64,000 nt of DNA from Victivallales bacterium (GTDB lineage Bacteria; Verrucomicrobiota; Lentisphaeria; Victivallales; GWF2-38-69). A program made the position numbers and the translations under genes. Under the pieces are notes generated by a model. That model was not told the DNA's origin. It saw only the letters and a program-made list of their open reading frames with translations, and made no database searches. The DNA is taken from the NCBI GenBank assembly GCA_965228125.1, contig OZ245791.1, positions 2,378,240 through 2,442,239 on the forward strand. Direction: 5' to 3'. Shown here piece after piece: positions 9,886 through 17,244 of this stretch (position 1 is the first letter of the stretch; every line of letters begins with the position of its first letter).

Positions 9886-10260
9886 TTCCATTTTAAAAGT
9901 AATCCGTGATGAAAGTGTTTTGCGTACCGGGCAATTTCTTGCTACTTCCAAAATGTCATTTCTTTCACTTTCTGATAAATTGCCATCTAATTTTACATTG
10001 TAATCAAAGCAAACTTCATTAGGCTGGCTGCGATCAAGGTTTACAGTTGTTGAAATCGTTTTTAATTGCAATGATTTTTTGTCTGCGTACATTCTGATTG
10101 ACATGTTTACACAGCATGCCAGCGCGGATTCAAGTAATTCGTGAGGTCTGAATCCATCTCCGCTACCTCCTTTATTTAACGCTACGTCGCTATAGGAAAT
10201 AACAGTTCCGTTTGTGAATTTTGTTTTATATGGCTGCTGTTCATTATTGGCTTTGATCAT
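9880..10260 (-). CDS. OsmC/Ohr family peroxiredoxin-like protein (cassette 13)
   Basis: About 125 aa with the two conserved Cys contexts (ALACCVNMS and ARNCPV) typical of OsmC family proteins. Confidence 0.75.
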   Translation of the reverse strand: MIKANNEQQPYKTKFTNGTVISYSDVALNKGGSGDGFRPHELLESALACCVNMSIRMYADKKSLQLKTISTTVNLDRSQPNEVCFDYNVKLDGNLSESERNDILEVARNCPVRKTLSSRITFKMEP

Positions 10261-10337
10261 ATCTAAGCTCTTACTTATTGTTTATTTTAAATAAAATTCA
10301 ACTGTTTGCGATTAACACGTCCTCTGGAGAATTGTCA
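10261..10337 (-). repeat. Degenerate attC site (cassette 12)
   Basis: ATCTAAG...AAAATTCAACTGTTTGCGATTAAC...CTGGAGAATTGTCA. It is recognisably related to the consensus, but the boxes are mutated and the left boundary is uncertain. Confidence 0.4.
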
Positions 10338-10874
10338 TTTAAATTTATAATTTGTTTTATAGTCGTTATATTTAATTTTCGCATAGTCTGATTCCGAAAT
10401 GATTTTATCAGCTTTTGACTCTGCTGGATAGCCGACAGCAAGCATCATTTCGACCCTTAAATAATCAGGAATATCGAGTAATTGCTTAATGTATTCTTCT
10501 GATAATAATTGTTCATTGGCATATCTTTTTCTTATTTGGATCCAGCACGAACCCAGTCCTAAAGATTCGGATGTAAAATGTAGTATTGTTGCAGCAATTG
10601 AAGAGTCTTCTATCCAGACATCTGTTTTTCTTTCATCAGCAAGAACAATAATGAGGATGTTTGAGTCTTTTATAAAGTCAGCGGAATTTGTTTTTGCTTT
10701 TGATAACCTGGCTATTAGTTCTTTATTATCAACGATTATAAACTCCCAGGGTTTAATATTATTCCCTGATGGGGAATACAATGCCGACTTTATAAGAGCT
10801 TCTATGGTTTCTCTTGGTATTTTGTCTTTCTTATATTTTCTTATGCTTCTTCTTGTCTTTAGTAAATCTATCAT
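10335..10874 (-). CDS. Nitroreductase family protein (cassette 12)
   Basis: MIDLLKTRRSIRKYK N-terminus, PSGNNIKPW motif and a length of about 180 aa. Confidence 0.85.
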   Translation of the reverse strand: MIDLLKTRRSIRKYKKDKIPRETIEALIKSALYSPSGNNIKPWEFIIVDNKELIARLSKAKTNSADFIKDSNILIIVLADERKTDVWIEDSSIAATILHFTSESLGLGSCWIQIRKRYANEQLLSEEYIKQLLDIPDYLRVEMMLAVGYPAESKADKIISESDYAKIKYNDYKTNYKFK

Positions 10875-10887
10875 TTCTACCTCTTCA

Positions 10888-10935
10888 ATAGTTACTATAC
10901 AATACCGCGACTAGTGTATCGTGTATAGTAACTAT
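10888..10935 (-). promoter_or_regulatory. Perfect 14-bp inverted repeat (ATAGTTACTATACA / TGTATAGTAACTAT) with a 20-nt spacer, upstream of the nitroreductase start
   Basis: The arms at 10888-10901 and 10922-10935 were read directly. The element lies between attC 10953 and the ORF start at 10874. Confidence 0.4.
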
Positions 10936-10952
10936 TCAAAGATAGTTTTTAT

Positions 10953-11011
10953 TGATAACATAGAGTTCAGCTACCGAGCTTAGCGAGGTTCGCTGGACTG
11001 ACAAGTTATCG
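10953..11011 (-). repeat. attC site (cassette 11)
   Basis: TGATAAC-ATAGAGTTCAGCTACCGAGCTTAGCGAGGTTCGCTGGACTGACAA-GTTATCG. Confidence 0.8.
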
Positions 11012-11012
11012 T

Positions 11013-11843
11013 TTACCATAATTCTATTTTTTTGCCCTTTAGTATGAAATGTAGTGTAAAACCAACTGCAACCATTGTAATACATCCCATTGCAGTTGCT
11101 TCTGCTCCGGTAAACTGTGATACTCTTTGTCCGTTTAATGTAACATGGAAGAAATCCATGCCATAAACAATGCCTAAAAAATAATTCCAACCAACATGTA
11201 TCCCTGCAGGAATCCAAACGGATTTAGTTTTGAAGTAAGCATAACTTGCTGCCCACCCCATGAATGTAGCATTCAATGAAGAGAAAATTGTATATTTCGG
11301 ATTAAAAATAAAATGAAGTAAGCCGAATATTAGCCCTACTAAAATAATTGCTATTATTGGTGAAAAAACTTTCCCAAGTTTTTTTAATATCCATGTTCTC
11401 AGCACAATCTCTTCCATTGTACCCTGAAAAAGACTTGCAGGAAAAAGCAATGCTATTAATGCTATAAACTTAAATGTACTTTGAGTTACTGTAGAATAAT
11501 CTGGGTTGTGTATTAACAAAAAAGTAATCCAGGTTATCAAAGCTGCAATTATAGCTAAAATAAGGCCTATGCCAAATAGATTAACAGAGTTTCTATTGAA
11601 TGATATGCCTACATCTGCTAATGATTCTTTATCTGCGACTTTGGCAAAAATATAGACAATCATTATCATTTCAATAAAAATTATAAATTGAATTCCTATG
11701 ATTGCAATTAGCTGTAGATACTGGTTTGATATTTCTCTTATGTAAGTATGAAATCCTAACAATGAATAGGAGCCTAGCATTACAAATGTTGAAATAGTTA
11801 AGAATATTAAAATTAAAACTACTGATATGATTTTCTTTTTCAT
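11013..11843 (-). CDS. CPBP family intramembrane glutamic endopeptidase (CAAX protease/Abi-like) (cassette 11)
   Basis: Multi-TM protein with EEIVLRTW (EExxxR) and FGLLH motifs. Confidence 0.8.
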   Translation of the reverse strand: MKKKIISVVLILIFLTISTFVMLGSYSLLGFHTYIREISNQYLQLIAIIGIQFIIFIEMIMIVYIFAKVADKESLADVGISFNRNSVNLFGIGLILAIIAALITWITFLLIHNPDYSTVTQSTFKFIALIALLFPASLFQGTMEEIVLRTWILKKLGKVFSPIIAIILVGLIFGLLHFIFNPKYTIFSSLNATFMGWAASYAYFKTKSVWIPAGIHVGWNYFLGIVYGMDFFHVTLNGQRVSQFTGAEATAMGCITMVAVGFTLHFILKGKKIELW

Positions 11844-11863
11844 CTCTCTTTCTCTTTTTTTGT

Positions 11864-11923
11864 CGATGACAATTTGATCACCTGCCGAGCGGAAGCGAGG
11901 TTAGATGAAGCGACTTGTTACAA
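11864..11923 (-). repeat. attC site (cassette 10)
   Basis: CGATGAC...CCGAGCGGAAGCGAGGTTAGATGAAGCGACTT-GTTACAA. The right box is the exact reverse complement of TTGTAAC at 12379-12385. Confidence 0.65.
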
Positions 11924-11967
11924 TTATATTTTTTTTTATCACACGGAGGCGCCAAGCCACAAAGAAA

Positions 11968-12387
11968 TTATATGATATTACCATTGATGACTCTTGAAAT
12001 ACCATCTTTCATAAGTGCCTCTCCAAAATTCAACAAATAACCCAACTTACAATTTTTTAATCTAAGATATGTCAACAATTGTTTTTTGTGTACTTTGGAA
12101 ACAGATTCTACAGATTTTAATTCAATAATGACTTTGTCCTCGACAATAATATCTGCTCTAAACCCTTCATCAAACTTAATTCCCTTAAAACATATGGGAA
12201 TAGATTTCTGTCTTTCTACTTTTAGATTATGTGCTTGAAGTTCATTGTATAGAATTACCTCATATACTGTTTTAAGTAATCCCTGCCCAAGCTCTTTATG
12301 AATATTAACGGCACAATCTACTATAATTTTACCTATTTCATTTTCTTTGTGTCTCTGAGGCTTTGTGTGATTTTTTATTTGTAACAT
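11968..12387 (-). CDS. GxxExxY protein (PD-(D/E)XK nuclease-fold family) (cassette 10)
   Basis: ELGQGLLKTVYEVILYNEL (GxxExxY) followed by the DIIVEDKVIIELK core. The start ATG abuts the GTT of the R' box. Confidence 0.8.
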   Translation of the reverse strand: MLQIKNHTKPQRHKENEIGKIIVDCAVNIHKELGQGLLKTVYEVILYNELQAHNLKVERQKSIPICFKGIKFDEGFRADIIVEDKVIIELKSVESVSKVHKKQLLTYLRLKNCKLGYLLNFGEALMKDGISRVINGNII

Positions 12388-12440
12388 TAGAATTCAGCGG
12401 CGCGCGATTAGCGCATTAGGTGGAATGATTTAGTTAGGAT
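12379..12440 (-). repeat. attC site (cassette 9)
   Basis: TTGTAAC-ATTAGAATTCAGCGGCGCGCGATTAGCGCATTAGGTGGAATGATTTA-GTTAGGA. Confidence 0.8.
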
Positions 12441-12861
12441 TTGAATTTGTTTTAATGGTTATGGGAGTGTCCTCTGTCCCGGCATAGAAAACTATGATTT
12501 CTGCAACTCCATTTCCTTCATTTTTTCCATAGTGCCCTTTATTAACAAGTTCGATGATTGAATCTCCAGCTTTTAGATGTAATAGCTCTCCATTTTCTTT
12601 TACAACAGTTAGTTCCCCTTTCAATAGCACGCCTGCATTAATTACTGGATGTTTATGTAGCGGCAACTGTGTCTTTGGAGGAATTAAGATTTTTAAGATA
12701 GTTATTTTCGGTTTACCTTTTGGGTAATTTGGTAATGGCTCACCATCCCAACTTGAACCAGATTGGGCTAATACATCAACCTTAATAGTGGCAACTTCAT
12801 CAGCTGCAATATAGTTTGATAGTATTAAAGACAGGAATATTCCCAAAAATATTTTTTTCAC
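12430..12861 (-). CDS. Cupin domain protein with signal peptide (cassette 9)
   Basis: N-terminal signal-like MKKIFLGIFLSLILSNYIAA. Cupin motifs LPLHKHPVINAGVLLKGELTV and GHYGKNEG. GTG start. Confidence 0.7.
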   Translation of the reverse strand: MKKIFLGIFLSLILSNYIAADEVATIKVDVLAQSGSSWDGEPLPNYPKGKPKITILKILIPPKTQLPLHKHPVINAGVLLKGELTVVKENGELLHLKAGDSIIELVNKGHYGKNEGNGVAEIIVFYAGTEDTPITIKTNSNPN

Positions 12862-12875
12862 TCTTCTCCTTTTCT

Positions 12876-12934
12876 TTATAACATTGAGTTCAGTGGCGCG
12901 CGATTAGCGCGTTCGCTGCAACGGCTGGTTACCA
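12876..12934 (-). repeat. attC site (cassette 8)
   Basis: TTATAAC-ATTGAGTTCAGTGGCGCGCGATTAGCGCGTTCGCTGCAACGGCTG-GTTACCA. It overlaps the last ~10 codons of the toxin ORF. Confidence 0.8.
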
Positions 12935-13248
12935 GTTTCCTTTTTTATTCTATTTTTGAATTTGGGATAAAGTAATTGCCGTCCATGGACAACTGCAAGA
13001 ATATATACAATAGAATCAGCTATCTCATAAATAATTCTGTAACTGTAAACGAAATGTTCTCTTACTTTTTCGTTGTCTTCTTCGGGAACCACTCTCCCGG
13101 AATGTGGAAAGATTGATAAATTCCTGGTTATTTCTAGAATCTTAGTAACTACACTGGATGCATAAAGGTGAGAATCTTTTTCAATATACTCCGCTATCCC
13201 TTCAATGTCTTTTAAAGCATCATCAGACCAGATTACTTTATAATCCAT
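12904..13248 (-). CDS. RelE/ParE family type II toxin (cassette 8)
   Basis: The MDYKVIWSDDALKDIEGIAEYI...YRIIYEI...IVYILAVVHGRQ pattern is typical of ParE/RelE toxins. It overlaps the upstream small ORF by 16 nt. Confidence 0.8.
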   Translation of the reverse strand: MDYKVIWSDDALKDIEGIAEYIEKDSHLYASSVVTKILEITRNLSIFPHSGRVVPEEDNEKVREHFVYSYRIIYEIADSIVYILAVVHGRQLLYPKFKNRIKKETGNQPLQRTR

Positions 13249-13424
13249 TTTTCTAACCTTTTTTCTACTTCATCCTGAGTATGAATTTTGCCTTGATTTA
13301 TCTGTTCTCTGGATTTAGATAATTTTTCAGCAATGTAAAGATGATATTGTATATCCTCAAAAGTAGAATTGTCAGGTAGATTTTTGATTATTTTTTCTGC
13401 TTCATTTTTGGCTGTCAACAACAT
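13233..13424 (-). CDS. Putative antitoxin of the ParE/RelE module (cassette 8)
   Basis: 63-aa ORF immediately upstream of the toxin and overlapping it, preceded by GGAGG. The C-terminal ...HTQDEVEKRLEKW is reminiscent of small antitoxins. The assignment is by context. Confidence 0.6.
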   Translation of the reverse strand: MLLTAKNEAEKIIKNLPDNSTFEDIQYHLYIAEKLSKSREQINQGKIHTQDEVEKRLEKWIIK

Positions 13425-13431
13425 GGTATAC

Positions 13432-13478
13432 CTCCATAACTTGTTATATGGATATTATATCTTCATTTTGTCATTATA
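13432..13478 (-). promoter_or_regulatory. Candidate cassette-internal promoter and operator for the TA pair
   Basis: On the minus strand there are two TATAAT hexamers (reverse complement of 13473-13478 and 13454-13459) and a near-palindrome CCATATAACAAGTTATGG (13433-13450) next to the GGAGG RBS. Confidence 0.4.
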
Positions 13479-13502
13479 GCAATTTGTATCTGATTTCTAT
13501 TT

Positions 13503-13560
13503 GGGTAACATTGAATTCAGCGGCGCACGATTAGTTCATTTGTCTGAATGTGCATTAAAA
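13503..13560 (-). repeat. attC site (cassette 7)
   Basis: GGGTAAC-ATTGAATTCAGCGGCGCACGATTAGTTCATTTGTCTGAATGTGC-ATTAAAA. The right box has G>A relative to the GTTAAAA predicted from 14026-14032. Confidence 0.7.
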
Positions 13561-13561
13561 G

Positions 13562-14026
13562 CTACCACTTATAGTGCTTGCCTCTTTTGTTTATCCAATC
13601 ATCTATGCCATTCTTTTTAATGGCCTCAAGATTTTTTAATAAATCCGGATGAAATGCTGAATGCTTGAGGATTAGTTCACACCTTTTAAAATCTTTGCAA
13701 TTCCAACAACCTTCAATTTCTTTGTCTAAAATGCACTTTCTGATTTTGCAAGCTTTTGTACAGCCCAGTTCTGAATATGGTCCTTCTACACAAGAACCTG
13801 TACATTCTAATTTTTTTAGCTCTTTTAGGACTTCAATAAAATCAGGAAACTTTTTAAACACGGGATTTTTATTAGCTTTAAAATCTGCGTATTTATCTAG
13901 CCTTGTTTCTACTGCAACCTGCTCAAGTTTTTTTATTGTATCGAATAATTCTTTGTTTCCAGGAATACAGTCTTTACAATAAAGCCCACAATATGCAGTG
14001 TATTTTCTTATTTCATTCTTTTTCAT
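13562..14026 (-). CDS. Cys-rich DUF3795-like protein (cassette 7)
   Basis: YCGLYCKDC N-terminal motif plus further CxxC-type clusters (CTGSC, CKIRKC, CWNC). Confidence 0.5.
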   Translation of the reverse strand: MKKNEIRKYTAYCGLYCKDCIPGNKELFDTIKKLEQVAVETRLDKYADFKANKNPVFKKFPDFIEVLKELKKLECTGSCVEGPYSELGCTKACKIRKCILDKEIEGCWNCKDFKRCELILKHSAFHPDLLKNLEAIKKNGIDDWINKRGKHYKW

Positions 14027-14086
14027 TTTAACGTTAAAATTCAGCAGCGCGCGATTACGGTCGTTCGCTGAAATGATTGGTTATAG
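14026..14086 (-). repeat. attC site (cassette 6)
   Basis: TTTTAAC-GTTAAAATTCAGCAGCGCGCGATTACGGTCGTTCGCTGAAATGATTG-GTTATAG. Confidence 0.8.
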
Positions 14087-14668
14087 TTTTCTTTTTTCTT
14101 TTATTTCCTTTCCTGCATGAAACCCAAATCCCAGGAAGTTTCCCATAGACCAGTACTCGCGGGCTTTTGCGCAATAAATAAGAGGATCGATTTTTGAAAT
14201 ATCTATTCCGGCTCTTTTTGATTCATCTGCTTTGTCTGTATCAACATGTGTTTCTATTATCTCCCCTAATATTAGAACCCAATCACCAAGGATGATATCA
14301 TGACTAACTTTACATTCGATATTATATGGACACTCTTTGATGATCGGAGGTTTGATTTTCGAACTCTTAATAGGTGTAAAACCAGTATCCTCGAACTTAT
14401 TATTTTTTAGTCCGGTTGTTATCCCGCAATAATCTACTTCTTTAAAGAAAGATGCCTTCGGGATATTTACTGAAAACTCTTTGCAATCTTTTACTAGTTC
14501 CAGAGAATACCGGGTCTTTTTAAGAGAAATGCCGATAGTTGGAGGAGTTGAGCTTGCAATTCCAATCCATGCTAAAGTGATGATATTAGCCTTATTACCT
14601 GTGCCGCTTACGATTAATGCAGAAGGTACCGGAAATATTGCGTCTGATGGACCAAGCTGTTTTTTCAT
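14081..14668 (-). CDS. Flavin reductase family protein (FMN-binding split barrel) (cassette 6, distal gene)
   Basis: The PVPSALIVSGTG.KANIITLAWIG pattern is typical of flavin reductase-like domain proteins. Confidence 0.7.
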   Translation of the reverse strand: MKKQLGPSDAIFPVPSALIVSGTGNKANIITLAWIGIASSTPPTIGISLKKTRYSLELVKDCKEFSVNIPKASFFKEVDYCGITTGLKNNKFEDTGFTPIKSSKIKPPIIKECPYNIECKVSHDIILGDWVLILGEIIETHVDTDKADESKRAGIDISKIDPLIYCAKAREYWSMGNFLGFGFHAGKEIKEKRKL

Positions 14669-15409
14669 TTATTTTACTTCTTTAATTTTTTTTAAGTATT
14701 CTGGTTCTTCAATATCATGAAAATATTTTTTATAAATATATTCATCGAGTTCAATCGCATTATCTGAAAGGTAATAGCTATCAAGATTAAAAGTTCCTTT
14801 AGATTCAGAATACGCATTTCCACCATTGATATAATAATCAAATTTACTTACCTTCTCAAAGGCCATATAAACATTGCAAACAGAATCCGTCAAGGATTCA
14901 TGCAATTTAGCTCTCCAACGTTCTTTGCAGTCAGGATTTAAATAATATTTTCTTGGAATAGCACCCACAAAATTTTTTATATTATTGGAAAAGAGCATAT
15001 CTTTTCTTTTGCTTGCACAAGGTAACGATATTCTACAATCAAATTTTCTAAATATGTCTGGAATAAAAATTGCTTGATTGTTTATGCTTATTTTAAGGGG
15101 GCTTTCATCATCCACTTCTGTTATCTTTATCTCATTATCAATAAAGTAATCTAATAAACCAATTATTCTTAAGTTCTCTTTTAAATATCCATCTGCACTT
15201 TCAACTATATTAATGAAGCAGTTTTTTTCTAAAAAGTATTCAACTACTTTTTTTAGTAATATTGCATCTGTTCTTGGATGATTTTCTTTTGGTGGCCGCG
15301 CTAAATTAATTTTGATTAGAATCTTTTTGCTGTTTATGTGATTAGATTCTAGTTTTGTATCTACAAAGAGTTTTGAAATTTCCTGATTTTGACTTATAGA
15401 TTGAATCAT
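14669..15409 (-). CDS. DUF362-like protein (cassette 6, proximal gene)
   Basis: KILIKINLARP...HPRTD resembles the DUF362 'vliKpNl...tTdP' N-terminal motif. Its stop abuts the start of the flavin reductase, with no attC between them. Confidence 0.4.
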   Translation of the reverse strand: MIQSISQNQEISKLFVDTKLESNHINSKKILIKINLARPPKENHPRTDAILLKKVVEYFLEKNCFINIVESADGYLKENLRIIGLLDYFIDNEIKITEVDDESPLKISINNQAIFIPDIFRKFDCRISLPCASKRKDMLFSNNIKNFVGAIPRKYYLNPDCKERWRAKLHESLTDSVCNVYMAFEKVSKFDYYINGGNAYSESKGTFNLDSYYLSDNAIELDEYIYKKYFHDIEEPEYLKKIKEVK

Positions 15410-15418
15410 TTTTTATTA

Positions 15419-15478
15419 TTGTAACGTTGAAATTCAGCGGCCGACCAACGGGAGGTTCGCTGAAATGATTGGTTATAA
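15419..15478 (-). repeat. attC site (cassette 5)
   Basis: TTGTAAC-GTTGAAATTCAGCGGCCGACCAACGGGAGGTTCGCTGAAATGATTG-GTTATAA. It is nearly identical to the attC at 16028. Confidence 0.85.
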
Positions 15479-15485
15479 TCTTTCT

Positions 15486-16028
15486 TTAATAATTTTCATA
15501 TTTAACTGTCAAAGTTAAAGCTTTTCTTTCCGTTTTGTGCCTTTCTGGGCTAAGGAAGCCATTTATTGGATAACCTAAAAAAATTAAAGCTGTAGGTTCA
15601 ATGTAATCGGGTATATTAAATTCCTTACGTATAATGTTCGGGTCAAATAACCCAACCATAACACTTCCTATGTTTTTTTCTCTGGCTGCAAGCATGATAT
15701 GGTCACATACAATTCCAATATCAAGGTCTCCAGAACACTTATTATCAAAAGGGCTTATTAAAGGCTCTGATTTATCTTGCGAAACAATAAGAACGCACTG
15801 CGAATTAAAAGTTTGATATGCTTCTTGAATTTTTAAAATGTTTTTTGGGTTTTGAACAACAATAATTCTTTGTGGTTGCTTATTACATGCACTGGGGGCA
15901 ACACGGCTAGCGGCTAAGATATAGCCAAGATCAGATTTTTTTATTGGTTGATCATTAAAGCCTCGCGTAGTACATCGTTTTTTTGCTAATTCAAGAAAAT
16001 CCATATATTCCCTTTTTCCATGCCACAT
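15486..16028 (-). CDS. Nitroreductase family protein (cassette 5)
   Basis: FLELAKKRCTTRGF, APSACNKQPQR and a length of about 175 aa. The true start may be the internal ATG at 16004 (MDFLEL...). Confidence 0.8.
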   Translation of the reverse strand: MWHGKREYMDFLELAKKRCTTRGFNDQPIKKSDLGYILAASRVAPSACNKQPQRIIVVQNPKNILKIQEAYQTFNSQCVLIVSQDKSEPLISPFDNKCSGDLDIGIVCDHIMLAAREKNIGSVMVGLFDPNIIRKEFNIPDYIEPTALIFLGYPINGFLSPERHKTERKALTLTVKYENY

Positions 16029-16087
16029 TATAACATTAAAGATCAGCGGCTGACCAACGGGAGGTTCGCTGAAATGACTGGTTAAAT
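16028..16087 (-). repeat. attC site (cassette 4)
   Basis: TTATAAC-ATTAAAGATCAGCGGCTGACCAACGGGAGGTTCGCTGAAATGACTG-GTTAAAT. Confidence 0.85.
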
Positions 16088-16563
16088 TACCATTTTTTTC
16101 TTTCTTCTTTTAACTCTTGCTTCATATCGTGAATCATGTTTTCCCCAATAAACATGTTTCTACTGTTAATAAGCCCATCACAGATTTTATGACCGTTGAA
16201 TTCTAAGATTGCAGTATCTATAACAATCCAATCTGGAAGTAATTCTTCCAATGGTGTTGTTAGACATTTAACACAATGCCAGTTGTTGTTTTTATCTTTT
16301 AATGCATATCCTTGTTTATATTTTTTCCCATAAATAAAAGTCCCATATATTCCATTTTGGACTGCAGATATAAATAACTTGTCATATCTGTCATCGAAAG
16401 AATAAATAAGATTAATCTCTTTTTCATATAATTTATCTCGTGCATGTGTAAAGTCTTTTAAGCTTATGAGTTCTTTTCCTGTTACTTCTGATAACAAAAG
16501 CTTGTATTGTGCAAGAAAACTTGCGGCTAAATCCGGTTCTATTAGTGTCATTTTTCTTTCCAT
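16087..16563 (-). CDS. Hypothetical protein (cassette 4)
   Basis: 158-aa ORF that exactly fills the interval between two attC sites. I recognise no motif. Confidence 0.55.
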   Translation of the reverse strand: MERKMTLIEPDLAASFLAQYKLLLSEVTGKELISLKDFTHARDKLYEKEINLIYSFDDRYDKLFISAVQNGIYGTFIYGKKYKQGYALKDKNNNWHCVKCLTTPLEELLPDWIVIDTAILEFNGHKICDGLINSRNMFIGENMIHDMKQELKEERKKW

Positions 16564-16620
16564 TTAACATTGAATTCAGCGGTCGAGCTTTGCGAGGTTC
16601 GCTGGAATGTTTGGTTATGG
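16562..16620 (-). repeat. attC site (cassette 3)
   Basis: ATTTAAC-ATTGAATTCAGCGGTCGAGCTTTGCGAGGTTCGCTGGAATGTTTG-GTTATGG. Confidence 0.85.
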
Positions 16621-16633
16621 TTTTCTTATTTTT

Positions 16634-17188
16634 TTATCTTGCCTCATAAATATCATCTGGATATGGCAAATTAAAACTTCGAATGAATTCATTATATAGT
16701 TTCACATATATTTTAAATTCTTCAAAGTCTCCAATTTCCCTATCTTTGAATGCATGTATTGCATTTCTTCTTTTTTGTATGAAATCAATAAAGTCAATCC
16801 ATTTTTTAGTAAGAAGGTTATTCCTTACAAAAAATTGTTTTAATTTTTCTAAAGCTAAACTATCAGGTTCAATCAATTTTCCTTTTTTACCTTTGATCGC
16901 ATTAATATCTTTTTTGTAATCATTGAAATATACTGATAAAAACAATTTTAGATTTCCTTCTACTAAACACCCTAAATTTGTCCAAGCCAAAATTAACTTT
17001 CCATCATCCAAATTATCAGATTCAAACCAAAGTTTTAGACACTTAGAAAGATCAACTTGTCTATCAAGTCTTGATTTACTCATCAAATCAGCAGCTTCGA
17101 CTGGAGCCCAGCCATGCGATTTACTCCAAAATTTTGCTAATTGAGAATTGTAGCTGATTATTTTGTCTATTGTTTTGTTTATATCCAT
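16634..17188 (-). CDS. Hypothetical protein with an HEPN-like Rx4H motif (cassette 3)
   Basis: 184-aa, predicted mostly helical ORF with ...FIQKRRNAIHAFKD... (R-x4-H, RNxxH-like) near the C-terminus, as in HEPN-domain proteins. The start ATG lies inside the R' box (GTTATGG). Confidence 0.5.
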   Translation of the reverse strand: MDINKTIDKIISYNSQLAKFWSKSHGWAPVEAADLMSKSRLDRQVDLSKCLKLWFESDNLDDGKLILAWTNLGCLVEGNLKLFLSVYFNDYKKDINAIKGKKGKLIEPDSLALEKLKQFFVRNNLLTKKWIDFIDFIQKRRNAIHAFKDREIGDFEEFKIYVKLYNEFIRSFNLPYPDDIYEAR

Positions 17189-17244
17189 AACGTTTGAACT
17201 CTCCGGCTGGCGATTAGCCGGTTCGGATCAGTGAGTTGTTATAA
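17185..17244 (-). repeat. attC site (cassette 2)
   Basis: CCATAAC-GTTTGAACTCTCCGGCTGGCGATTAGCCGGTTCGGATCAGTGAGTT-GTTATAA. It has an internal CCGGCTGG/CCGG stem. Confidence 0.8.

Noticed and set aside
10936-11217. 93-aa minus-strand ORF overlapping the 3' end of the CPBP gene and the attC
   Set aside because: It is in a different frame of the same region as the well-supported CPBP ORF and runs through the attC site, so it is likely spurious.
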